In this document: one piece after another, positions 9,333 through 17,577 of the stretch | How the letters are laid out: each line of letters opens with the position of its first letter | How positions within the stretch are numbered: the first letter of the stretch is position 1 | From: an uncultured Gammaproteobacteria bacterium | Lineage (GTDB): Bacteria > Patescibacteriota > Patescibacteriia > Veblenbacterales > UBA10138 | DNA length: 64,000 nt | NCBI GenBank assembly: GCA_964453605.1 | Contig: CAYVOI010000001.1 | Span: forward strand, 548,095-612,094 | Reading direction: 5' to 3' | The notes under the pieces: model-generated | Databases searched by the model: none | The model's input: the letters and a program-made list of their open reading frames with translations, nothing else | What the model was told of the DNA's origin: nothing | Made by a program: the position numbers and the translations under genes

Positions 9333-9725
9333 TTAAGCGGTAGCGGGTTTAGTCTTGTACACCTTGAGGTGGCGGAGAAACTCGGCGTTCAGGCGGTTCT
9401 TTGGCAACATGCCGCGCACGGCGTGGCGAACCAGGTCCGCCGGGCTCTTCTCAAACTCTTGCCGCAGCGTGGTGGTCTTTATGCCGCCGGGGTAGCCGCT
9501 AAAGCGGTGGTAGAGTTTTACGTCCAGCTTGGTGCCGGTAAAACGGAGTTCAGCCGCATTCACCACGTGCACTTCTACGTTTGGCACCACGTTCGGCGCA
9601 AAGTTAACTGTGCGCTTACCCCTGAGGTGGTTAGCCACCTCAGTCGCGACGCGGCCTAACGACTTGCCGTTGGCATCAACTACGATGACGTTCGGTTTCT
9701 TCAACATAGGTTTATACAAATTCAA
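9333..9725 (-). CDS. rplM: 50S ribosomal protein L13.
   Basis: KPNVIVVDANGKSLGRVATEVANHLRGK...MLPKNRL, the L13 signature. Confidence 0.9.
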   Translation of the reverse strand: MNLYKPMLKKPNVIVVDANGKSLGRVATEVANHLRGKRTVNFAPNVVPNVEVHVVNAAELRFTGTKLDVKLYHRFSGYPGGIKTTTLRQEFEKSPADLVRHAVRGMLPKNRLNAEFLRHLKVYKTKPATA

Positions 9726-10062
9726 CCTGTACCATGGCGGCCCGGTCGCCTTGGCGCAACCCTAGTTTCGTTATGCGGGTGTACCCACCAGCCCGAGACT
9801 TGTAGCGAGGACCAAGCACCTCCAGCACCTTGCGCACCGCGCCTTCGGTCGGTAGCCTCTGGAGCAAGAGCCTACGGTGAGCAAGTGATGGTTCCTTACC
9901 GACCGTAACCAGGCGTTCCACGTACGGCCGTACCACACGGGCCTTAGCCTGCGTGGTCTGCACCTTTTCGTAGAGCACCAGGCTCTGCGCCAGGTTCTTC
10001 ACCAACGCACGACGAGGGCCAACCTTACGGTCAAGTATTTTGCCTGATTTGCGGTGACGCAT
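9712..10062 (-). CDS. rplQ: 50S ribosomal protein L17.
   Basis: MRHRKSGKILDRKVGPRRALVKNLAQSLVLYEKVQTTQAKAR...GGYTRITKLG, the L17 signature. It overlaps rplM by 14 nt. Confidence 0.9.
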   Translation of the reverse strand: MRHRKSGKILDRKVGPRRALVKNLAQSLVLYEKVQTTQAKARVVRPYVERLVTVGKEPSLAHRRLLLQRLPTEGAVRKVLEVLGPRYKSRAGGYTRITKLGLRQGDRAAMVQVEFV

Positions 10063-10080
10063 AGGTAGGTTCCGGAACGT

Positions 10081-10872
10081 TTACTCTTTCTTGGGACGGC
10101 CACGCTTTTTAGCAGGCTTAGGTTCGGCTGGGGTACTCTGAGCTTCAACCTCAGTAGAACTATCGGTCGTAACCATAGACTCTGCCACTGGCTGGCCAGC
10201 TACCACGGCAAAGTGGTCTATGAGTAACGAACTTGCGTACTTTACCGCCTCCAAGGGGTTCAAAGACCCGTCAGTTTCCACATCCAGGCTCAGCTTATCA
10301 AAGTTAGTCATCTGCCCTACGCGGACGTTCTCCACGGTGTAGCCAACCCGATGTACTGAGCTGTAGAGCGCATCAACTGCAATGGTACCTATCTCAAGCT
10401 TCTCTTTCTCGCGGGACTCAACTGGTACGTACCCCCTCCCCTGCTCCACCACAAACTCCACCTCGAGACTAGCTTTTTTATCGGTCAGGGTGGCGAGGTG
10501 CAAATCTTTGTTCATAACTTCAACTTCCCTGTTCTCAGAAATATCACCAGCGGTAACTTCGCGCTCCCCGCTCACCTTGAGGTTAAGCTTGGTGGGCAAC
10601 GCCGAGTGGCTTCTGAGCCTCAGCTGTTTAACGTTCAAAAGAAAATCAACCACGTCTTCCTTAACCCCCGGGAGGGTGGAAAACTCGTGGTCAACTCCGG
10701 TTATCTTCACTGCGGTCACAGCCGCGCCAGGAAGAGACGACAGCAGCACCCGCCGTAAGGCATTACCGAGAGTGGTGCCGTAGCCTGGGTAGCACGGTTC
10801 TATAGTGATACGCGCGTGGTTGGGACCAAGCGTTTCGCTGGTCACGTGTTGTGGAAGTGGTAGTGCCTCCAT
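10081..10872 (-). CDS. rpoA: DNA-directed RNA polymerase alpha subunit, N-terminal-domain-only form. The alpha-CTD is replaced by an acidic linker and an AT-hook-like KRGRPKK tail.
   Basis: RpoA NTD motifs (ITIEPCYPGYGTTLGNALRRVLLSSLPGAAVTAVKI..GV.HEFSTLPGV.EDV). The protein is only 263 aa and ends ...TPAEPKPAKKRGRPKKE. Confidence 0.85.
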   Translation of the reverse strand: MEALPLPQHVTSETLGPNHARITIEPCYPGYGTTLGNALRRVLLSSLPGAAVTAVKITGVDHEFSTLPGVKEDVVDFLLNVKQLRLRSHSALPTKLNLKVSGEREVTAGDISENREVEVMNKDLHLATLTDKKASLEVEFVVEQGRGYVPVESREKEKLEIGTIAVDALYSSVHRVGYTVENVRVGQMTNFDKLSLDVETDGSLNPLEAVKYASSLLIDHFAVVAGQPVAESMVTTDSSTEVEAQSTPAEPKPAKKRGRPKKE

Positions 10873-10899
10873 AGGTGTGAGCGAAGTTAATAAGCTAAA

Positions 10900-11514
10900 T
10901 TAGCGTGAGTAGAACTCAACAATGAGCTTCATGTCGAACGGCTGCTTCACCTGCTCTGGAGTGGGCAGGGCTACAAGCCTGGCCTTAAACTCTTTTTGGT
11001 CCACGGCCAGCCAATCGAGCTCCACTGGCTGCTTACCCCAAATTTTACTAAGGGCTACAAAGTAGGGTTTCTGCAGGCTCTGCGGGTCAACGCTTATCAC
11101 CTGGCCGGGGCGCACCGTGTAGGAAGGAATGTCTACCTTGTGGCCGTCCACCTGCATGTGCCCGTGGTTTATAATTTGCCTGGCACCAGCCCGAGTTTTA
11201 CTCAGGCCCATGCGGTAAACCAAGTTGTCTAAGCGAGCTTCCAACAGCTGCAGCAGTACGGCGTCCGTAGCACCCTGCTTTTTGAGCGCGGTTTCGTAGT
11301 AGCGGTGGAACTGGCGCTCCAGCACGCCGTAGACCCAGCGCGCTTTCTGCTTTTCCCGAAGTTGCAAACCGTACACGGTGAGCTTCCCCCGGCCCTTCAC
11401 GCCGTGCATGCCTGGCGGGTAGTTACGCTTAACTACCGGGCACTTGTCTGAGGTGCAGAGCTTTTCGCCGACGCGGCGGCAGAGCCTGTGTTTGGGACCT
11501 AAGTAGCGAGCCAT
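10900..11514 (-). CDS. rpsD: 30S ribosomal protein S4.
   Basis: MARYLGPKHRLCRRVGEKL...S4 domain (RLDNLVYRMGLSKTRAGARQIINHGHMQVDGHKVDIPSYTVRPG). Confidence 0.9.
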   Translation of the reverse strand: MARYLGPKHRLCRRVGEKLCTSDKCPVVKRNYPPGMHGVKGRGKLTVYGLQLREKQKARWVYGVLERQFHRYYETALKKQGATDAVLLQLLEARLDNLVYRMGLSKTRAGARQIINHGHMQVDGHKVDIPSYTVRPGQVISVDPQSLQKPYFVALSKIWGKQPVELDWLAVDQKEFKARLVALPTPEQVKQPFDMKLIVEFYSR

Positions 11515-11524
11515 AGCAGCAAGG

Positions 11525-11977
11525 TTACACGCGGCGCGGCCGACGGGGCCGGCAACCGTTGTGTGGAGTAGGAGTTATGTCTTTAATGGAAAGCACGTTG
11601 AGGCCATTGGCGTAGAGCGCGCGAATGGCGGCTTCGCGCCCCACACCCACACCCTTTACCAGCACATCAACGTCCTTCACACCGTAGTCGCGTACGCGTT
11701 CAGCCACTGCCCTGACCACCACACCGGCAGCGTACGGGGTCGACTTCTTCGGGCCCTTGAACCCAGCTCGACCCGCCGAGGCGGAAACGAGGGCATTACC
11801 AGCTTGGTCAGTGAGGGTCACAATAGTATTGTTGTAGGTAGCCAAAATGTGCGCCTGAGCCCGTACAACTTGCCGCTTCTTCTTGACGCGGCGGCGCTTA
11901 GGCTCGGCTGTAGCAGCACCCTCGGCTGGCGCAGCCGCGGTGTCTTGTTCTGGCTTTTTTAGTTCGACGTCAGACAT
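11525..11977 (-). CDS. rpsK: 30S ribosomal protein S11 with a basic ~35-aa N-terminal extension.
   Basis: AHILATYNNTIVTLTDQAGNALVSASAGRAGFKGPKKSTPYAAGVVVRAVAE...NGCRPRRPRRV. Confidence 0.9.
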   Translation of the reverse strand: MSDVELKKPEQDTAAAPAEGAATAEPKRRRVKKKRQVVRAQAHILATYNNTIVTLTDQAGNALVSASAGRAGFKGPKKSTPYAAGVVVRAVAERVRDYGVKDVDVLVKGVGVGREAAIRALYANGLNVLSIKDITPTPHNGCRPRRPRRV

Positions 11978-11986
11978 AAAAATAGT

Positions 11987-12376
11987 TTAGGTCTTCTGCG
12001 CGGTTGGCTTACGGCCACTGCCCATGGTCTTACGCACGTTGCCGCGTACCGTGCGGGAGTTGGTCTTGGTGCGCTGGCCGCGAACAGGCAGCTTGCGCGC
12101 GTGGCGCATGCCGCGGTAGGAACCAATTTCTTTGAGTCGCTTTACGTTGAGCATCACCTCGCGCCTCAGGTCACCTTCCACGCGGTAGTTCTTCTCTATG
12201 ATATCGCGGAGTCTCGCTACCTGCTCTTCAGTTAGGTCTTCCGTGCGGGTGTTGTAGTCAATCTTGGTCTCGGTCAAAATTTTCTGCGCCAAGGGCAAAC
12301 CAATGCCATAGAGGTACGGCAGGGCGTACTCTATACGCTTGCCTTTAGGGAGGTTTACACCGGCGATACGTGCCAT
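11987..12376 (-). CDS. rpsM: 30S ribosomal protein S13.
   Basis: [34 protein letters not shown]...[22 protein letters not shown]. Confidence 0.9.
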   Translation of the reverse strand: MARIAGVNLPKGKRIEYALPYLYGIGLPLAQKILTETKIDYNTRTEDLTEEQVARLRDIIEKNYRVEGDLRREVMLNVKRLKEIGSYRGMRHARKLPVRGQRTKTNSRTVRGNVRKTMGSGRKPTAQKT

Positions 12377-12385
12377 AGGAGCTCG

Positions 12386-12499
12386 TTAACCTTGACGCTG
12401 CTTATGCTTGGGATTGCTGCAGAGCACCATCAGCCGCTTGTGGCGCCTGATGACTTGGCACTTGCTGCACATTTTCTTTACCGAAGCGCGAACTTTCAT
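12386..12499 (-). CDS. rpmJ: 50S ribosomal protein L36 (37 aa). It is absent from the ORF track because it is shorter than 60 aa.
   Basis: Manual translation of the minus strand gives [37 protein letters not shown]. This is the C-x2-C...C-x4-H L36 zinc ribbon, sitting in the canonical infA-rpmJ-rpsM slot. Confidence 0.8.
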   Translation of the reverse strand: MKVRASVKKMCSKCQVIRRHKRLMVLCSNPKHKQRQG

Positions 12500-12505
12500 A
12501 CATCG

Positions 12506-12763
12506 TTAAAAGCGATAAACAATTCTACCTTTGGTTAAATCGTAGGGTGTCATTTCCACCTTAACCCGGTCGCCAGGGATGAGGCGAATTTTGAACATCC
12601 GCATCTTACCTGATAGGTGACCTAAAATCTCGTGGCCGTTGTCGAGCTTGATTCGGAACATCGCGGCTGGCAGAAGCTCGGTAACCTCGCCCTCTACCTC
12701 CAAAAACCCTTTGGGGTTGGCCTGGATGCTTGATTCAGATGACACGTCAGCACTCTCAACCAT
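12506..12763 (-). CDS. infA: Translation initiation factor IF-1 with a ~15-aa N-terminal extension.
   Basis: [68 protein letters not shown] (S1-like OB fold of IF-1). Confidence 0.9.
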   Translation of the reverse strand: MVESADVSSESSIQANPKGFLEVEGEVTELLPAAMFRIKLDNGHEILGHLSGKMRMFKIRLIPGDRVKVEMTPYDLTKGRIVYRF

Positions 12764-12927
12764 TGTTGCTTTTTAGGGCAAAAATAAAATTATGTCCGTG
12801 GCGCTAAGCCTAGTGCTTAGAGCCCGACATAACGTCAGTACGAACCTTCCTCAAGAATCGTACCTGGATGCGGTGTGAATAAGCCTAAGGTTATGGATGT
12901 AAAACGCTACTCTAGTATAGAAGTTTT

Positions 12928-13587
12928 TCACTTAGTGTCAAGGGTAAAGGCTATGGCTTGAGGGTTATTGGGCATTTTTTTGCTAACATTAGCTAAAAAA
13001 CTAGGATACACCTGAATGGTAACCTCACCTACACCAAGCTCGTCTTTAAGCCACCCTTGGGCATCAGCCATGGGTAGCCCAGCAAGGTGCTTTTGCCAAT
13101 CGCCGAAGGGGAAATCACGGTAGACTTGTGTGTGCACAGTCAGCTGCACGGTGAATAGACGGCCTGAACGCCCAACCACAACCTTGCCCCAGGTCAGTCC
13201 CCTCGCTCCCGGACGCTCAAGCTGCCCCTCCCCCACCACCTGTACGAGAGCATGATCGACTATATCTTGCACAGCGCCCTGCCGCACCGCCACCTGCTGG
13301 TCGCGCGGCACGTTGATAGTGTAGACTGCTTCGCCCAATAGTGTACTACCAGATGTAACAAGTTTACCTGGCACAACTAAGCTAGAGATAACTGGTTCGG
13401 TAACGTCAAGGTCTACCTTAAGCGGCACAACTACCTGTGCCACTTCATAGCGCGGGGTAACGTGCACTACCACACGTGGCCAGACTAAACTCGCTAACCC
13501 CACAAGGAGTAGCACCACACCACCGAGGAACAGGTACAGCCAACGCTTACCTCGTCCGCTACTTACCACTGACGAAGTTCTAGCCAC
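12928..13587 (-). CDS. Hypothetical single-pass membrane-anchored protein of unknown function.
   Basis: The N-terminus (RGKRWLYLFLGGVVLLLVGLASLVW) is a signal-anchor. The rest has no recognisable domain. It lies on the same strand and between infA and alaS. Confidence 0.35.
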   Translation of the reverse strand: MARTSSVVSSGRGKRWLYLFLGGVVLLLVGLASLVWPRVVVHVTPRYEVAQVVVPLKVDLDVTEPVISSLVVPGKLVTSGSTLLGEAVYTINVPRDQQVAVRQGAVQDIVDHALVQVVGEGQLERPGARGLTWGKVVVGRSGRLFTVQLTVHTQVYRDFPFGDWQKHLAGLPMADAQGWLKDELGVGEVTIQVYPSFLANVSKKMPNNPQAIAFTLDTK

Positions 13588-13596
13588 AAGCTCTTG

Positions 13597-15423
13597 CTAC
13601 TGAACTACTGCCTTAATGCGCCGTACCCCAGCTGCCACCGCCTCTTCTTTCTGAATTTTGAACTTCCCTATCACGCCAGTGTGTTCCACGTGCGGGCCGC
13701 CGCAGAACTCACGGCTAATAACTTCGTTGGTCTTAGGGTCATACACCGTGTACACGCTGACGGTGTCAGCATACTTTTCACCGAACACGCCAATAGCGTT
13801 TAACTTCCGCGCTTCCCCGAGCGGCATTATTTCTTTCTTGACCGTAAGGTCACGCGCTATCCAGCCGTTGACTAATTCTTCTACGTTTTGCTTTTGCTCA
13901 TCAGTCATTTTTTCGGGGTGGGTAAAGTCAAACCGCGTGCGTTCTTTGGTGATGTTACTCCCCTTTTGCCACACCTGGTCGCCTAAGACTTTTCGGAGCG
14001 CGGCGTTCATGAGGTGAGTGGCGGTGTGGAGCCGTACCACTTCATCGGTGTGATCAGCCAAGCCACCCTTAAACACACCAGCGGAAGCGGTACGGGAAAG
14101 CTCTTGGTGTTTCTTAAACTCAGCTTCAAACTGCTGCTTATTCTCTGCGCCCACATCGCCCGACATTTGAGCCGCTAGTTCTTGGGTCAATTCCCAAGGG
14201 AAACCATAGCTCTGGTATAAATCAAAGCCGTCGGTACCCGTGAGGCTGCCGCGCGCCATGCGCTTCTCAAACTCTCTGAGGCCTTTTTCAAGTGTGCTGC
14301 CAAACTTTTCTTCCTCAGCCGCTATAGCTTTAAAAATAGCTTCAGAGTGCTGTACCAGCTCTGGATAAACGTGGTCATATATAGTTACCACCTGCCCCAC
14401 TAAACCTTTGAGCCAGTGGGGTTTGAGGTTAAGGAGTTTAGCGTAGACCATCGAGCGCCGGAGCAACCGCCGCAGCACATATCCACGGTCTTTGTTCGAT
14501 GGCTCCACGCCATCACCCACCATGAAGGTAGCGGCACGCACGTGGTCTATAATCACGCGGGCTTTGCGCACCTGGTCGTTGGTCAGGCCGTGCAGCGACA
14601 GCCCAATGACATCAAACATGGGCTTAAACAGTTCAGTGTCGTAAACAGAAGTTTGCCCTTTAAGCACTGCCAGGGTTCTATCTAAGCCCATGCCTGTATC
14701 CACATTGGGCCTTGGTAGAGGCTCAAATATATACTCAGGCTTGGCTGTTTTGCCGTGCCCCGCACCGAGCTCTGCTCTGGTGCGGCGGTTGTACTGCATG
14801 AAAACGTCGTTCCAAATTTCTACCCAGCGTTTGTCACCCTTGGACTCTTGGAAGTTAGCTGGCGCCGGTGTACCGTCGTCCACCCAGTAGAACATTTCGG
14901 TGTCTGGGCCGCAGGGGCCAGTTTGCCCAGCTGGGCCCCACCAGTTGTCCTCCTTACCCAAAAAGGCAATGCGTTCAACACTCACTCCGTGCGACATCCA
15001 AAGCTTGGCCGACTCTTCGTCACGCGGGGCGTTTTCATCACCCGCGAAACAGCTAAACGCCAGCCGCTCCAGCGGCAGCCCTAACCACTTCTTGTCAGTT
15101 AAGAACTCAAAGCTCCAAGCAATGGCGTCTTTTTTGAAATAGTCTCCCAAGCTCCAGTTCCCGAGCATTTCAAAGAACGTGAGGTGGGTGTTATCCCCTA
15201 CCTCATCGATGTCCCCCGTGCGAATGCATTTCTGTACCGAGGTTAAGCGCTTACCACCAGGGTGTTCCGCGCCTAAGAGGTACGGCACCAGCGGGTGCAT
15301 GCCGGCGGTGGTGAATAGCACGGTTGAGTCATTCGCCGGCACCAAAGAAGCGGACGGAATAACCGTGTGCCCCTTAGCCTTAAAAAAATCGAGGTACTTT
15401 TGCCTAAGCTCCTGCGCGATCAT
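13597..15423 (-). CDS. alaS: Alanine--tRNA ligase, short form (catalytic, tRNA-recognition and editing domains; no C-Ala/DHHA1 tail).
   Basis: N-terminal class II motifs (FTTAGMHPLVPYLLG...KCIRTGDIDEVGDNTHLTFFEMLGNWSLGDYFK...WWGPAGQTGPCGPDTEMF), an editing-domain HxxxH...CGGPHV motif, and a length of 608 aa against ~870 aa for typical bacteria. Confidence 0.85.
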   Translation of the reverse strand: MIAQELRQKYLDFFKAKGHTVIPSASLVPANDSTVLFTTAGMHPLVPYLLGAEHPGGKRLTSVQKCIRTGDIDEVGDNTHLTFFEMLGNWSLGDYFKKDAIAWSFEFLTDKKWLGLPLERLAFSCFAGDENAPRDEESAKLWMSHGVSVERIAFLGKEDNWWGPAGQTGPCGPDTEMFYWVDDGTPAPANFQESKGDKRWVEIWNDVFMQYNRRTRAELGAGHGKTAKPEYIFEPLPRPNVDTGMGLDRTLAVLKGQTSVYDTELFKPMFDVIGLSLHGLTNDQVRKARVIIDHVRAATFMVGDGVEPSNKDRGYVLRRLLRRSMVYAKLLNLKPHWLKGLVGQVVTIYDHVYPELVQHSEAIFKAIAAEEEKFGSTLEKGLREFEKRMARGSLTGTDGFDLYQSYGFPWELTQELAAQMSGDVGAENKQQFEAEFKKHQELSRTASAGVFKGGLADHTDEVVRLHTATHLMNAALRKVLGDQVWQKGSNITKERTRFDFTHPEKMTDEQKQNVEELVNGWIARDLTVKKEIMPLGEARKLNAIGVFGEKYADTVSVYTVYDPKTNEVISREFCGGPHVEHTGVIGKFKIQKEEAVAAGVRRIKAVVQ

Positions 15424-15435
15424 AGCAGCCTCAGG

Positions 15436-16584
15436 TTACCAGAGAAACCCTTTCTTTTCAACCTTATCTATAACTGCACCGCCAAGAACGTAAAGGTCGC
15501 TAGGCGACCCACGTTCCACGGCTTTGTAGAATACAGTTGATTGCCCGGGCGTAATGGCGCGCTGATTTTTAGTAAAGGTTATAGAGAGAGTTCGCCCACG
15601 CTTCACTACTTGTGCTGGCACCACAGGGTGTCGGTAGCGGTGCCGCAGCAAAAATGTAGCTGGTAGCTTAGGGCTGCTGCCTGCTACCCAGTGTACCTGG
15701 CTAGCGCTTAGTGTACGTGCAAGTAAGTGTCTTTGTTCTGTAAGTGTTCCAACAATGAGCGTGTTCTGCTTCCACCGTCTACCTAGCACGTACCAGGGGC
15801 CCCCAGAAAGCCCAAGGCCATGTCGCTGGCCGACAGTATAAAAGGCTAACCCCTTATGCTGCCCCAGCACCTGGCCTTTCGTATTCACCATCGGCCCTGG
15901 TTTTTCCTTGAGCCTAGTCCGTAAAAAATCTTCCACCCGTACCTCACCAATAAAGCAAATGCCAACACTGTCTGGCTTCTCTGCCACTGGCAACTTGGCG
16001 CGCTGTGCTATCTTCCTGACCTCCGGCTTTGTGAGCTCACCTACTGGAAACAGTAAGTGCTTAAGCTGCTGCTGTGTTAGCGTGTACAGAAAGTATGACT
16101 GGTCTTTGTTAGCATCACTGGCCGCCAGCAGCTGGAGTGGCCCAGTGCGCGGGTGAGCCACGCGGGCGTAGTGGCCAGTGGCAATAAAGTCCGCGCCTTC
16201 TTTCAGGGCGCGCTGCAAGAACAGTGGAATTTTGACGTACTGGTTGCAGCGAACGTCGGGGTTGGGGGTGCGGCCGCGCGCGTACTCACGGAAAAAGTGA
16301 TCTATAACAAGCTTGCGGTACTCGCGCTCAAAGTCCCATACTGCAAAAGGGATTTTGAGTTTTTTAGCTACCGCTTGGGCGTCGTCACGCTCCCTGACCC
16401 AGTTACACTCCCCAGCTAGGTTGTCGTGGGTGCCGGTCCAGTTCTTCATAAACACACCTTTAACGTGGTAACCTTGTTTTAAAAGCAGGTATGCCGAAAC
16501 TGCAGAGTCGACTCCGCCCGAAAGCGCTACATACACCGTAGGTTGGGTTTTGGGCATAAGGTTAGTATACCAAAACCCGTCCAC
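15436..16584 (-). CDS. mnmA: tRNA-specific 2-thiouridylase MnmA.
   Basis: PP-loop SGGVDSAVSAYLL, the CNWVRERDDAQAVAKKLKIPFAVWDFEREY... region, and a C-terminal barrel. A GTG start is inferred. Confidence 0.9.
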   Translation of the reverse strand: MDGFWYTNLMPKTQPTVYVALSGGVDSAVSAYLLLKQGYHVKGVFMKNWTGTHDNLAGECNWVRERDDAQAVAKKLKIPFAVWDFEREYRKLVIDHFFREYARGRTPNPDVRCNQYVKIPLFLQRALKEGADFIATGHYARVAHPRTGPLQLLAASDANKDQSYFLYTLTQQQLKHLLFPVGELTKPEVRKIAQRAKLPVAEKPDSVGICFIGEVRVEDFLRTRLKEKPGPMVNTKGQVLGQHKGLAFYTVGQRHGLGLSGGPWYVLGRRWKQNTLIVGTLTEQRHLLARTLSASQVHWVAGSSPKLPATFLLRHRYRHPVVPAQVVKRGRTLSITFTKNQRAITPGQSTVFYKAVERGSPSDLYVLGGAVIDKVEKKGFLW

Positions 16585-16614
16585 CCTGGGCGGACGGGTT
16601 AAAGATTACACGGA

Positions 16615-17550
16615 TTACTTCACCAACTCTCCTATAACCACAAAGCGCTTAAAGGCGGTACCAATAGGCCACGAGGTTTGGAGCGTTACCAGCTTACGCT
16701 TGTAGGCGTACTGCCCCAGGTAGCTAACGTCGGTAGCGGCTACCACCTTGGCCTCGAATACACGGTAGGTAAACGCTTGCCCTTGTGCGTTCGTCAGGAT
16801 AATATCAGCGCCAATTTTGATTTGCGGTAGCACCGCGAACACGGTACGGTAGCGCCCGTTGCTCCACCAGTAGTCACTGGAGTGACCAAAAATGTAGTCG
16901 TTGCCTAAGTTGCCCGGGTTAGCGCTCCCGGGGTAGTGCACCACACCGTTCTTAAGCCCCGCCTGGAACGCGTCCTCCGTAGCTTGCGTCACGTACACCA
17001 CGGGCACCTGCAGCCCGAGGCTTGAAACCGTAAGTGTGTTGGCAGGAACACCGGGACTCGCTGCCAAGGTTACTGCAGCTGGGCTAGGGTTAGTCAGCGT
17101 AGCAATAAAGCTGGCCGCAGTACTAAGGCTAGGTACGCGGTAGCGGTGCGCGTCAGTTGGGTTTACGTACCACAGCTCACCACGTGTCTCGACCGCCACA
17201 AAGAGCTTACCCTTCTGCTGTTTGGCAAAGGCGAAGTTAATAGCCTGGCGGTCCGTGGGCTTAGTGTAGTTCACCAAACCATCACCTACAGGTATACGCG
17301 CCAAGTTAGCATTGGTAATGCCAATGACTTTCGGGGTAGGCAGTGGTACTGGTGCAGTGGGAGCTACGGCCAAAGCTGCCGTGGTAGTCTGCTTAGGCGT
17401 TTCGGCCTGCGCTACCGCGGGCGGCAACGAAAATGAACCTGGGGCTACGGCGTAGCGCACGTTGAGCCACAGCGACTGCGCGTTGAGAAGCACAGCCGCC
17501 ACCACACTCAACCCAAGAGCTGCTGCCAGTACTCGCCAGGGGCTAGTCAT
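16615..17550 (-). CDS. Secreted sortase-fold protein with Ser in place of the catalytic Cys (TLQTS instead of TLxTC). Its N-terminal half shares a module with the C-terminal region of the adjacent LPXTG giant.
   Basis: Signal peptide, then sortase landmarks in order: VHYPGSANPGNLGN...IFGHSS (the PGxxGN + GH loop), KLVTLQTSWP (position of TLxTC) and FKRFVV (catalytic Arg). The Ser codon is TCG, two substitutions away from any Cys codon. Confidence 0.6.
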   Translation of the reverse strand: MTSPWRVLAAALGLSVVAAVLLNAQSLWLNVRYAVAPGSFSLPPAVAQAETPKQTTTAALAVAPTAPVPLPTPKVIGITNANLARIPVGDGLVNYTKPTDRQAINFAFAKQQKGKLFVAVETRGELWYVNPTDAHRYRVPSLSTAASFIATLTNPSPAAVTLAASPGVPANTLTVSSLGLQVPVVYVTQATEDAFQAGLKNGVVHYPGSANPGNLGNDYIFGHSSDYWWSNGRYRTVFAVLPQIKIGADIILTNAQGQAFTYRVFEAKVVAATDVSYLGQYAYKRKLVTLQTSWPIGTAFKRFVVIGELVK

Positions 17551-17577
17551 AGCTGTTCTGTAGTATACCTCTCGGAG

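Noticed and set aside
16561-16620. Apparent 1-nt discrepancy between my hand-count of positions and ORF-track coordinates around 16.58-16.62 kb.
   Set aside because: Most likely my own misreading of a 10-mer block boundary. ORF-track coordinates are treated as authoritative, and hand-derived coordinates of hairpins and promoters are flagged as +/-1-2 nt.
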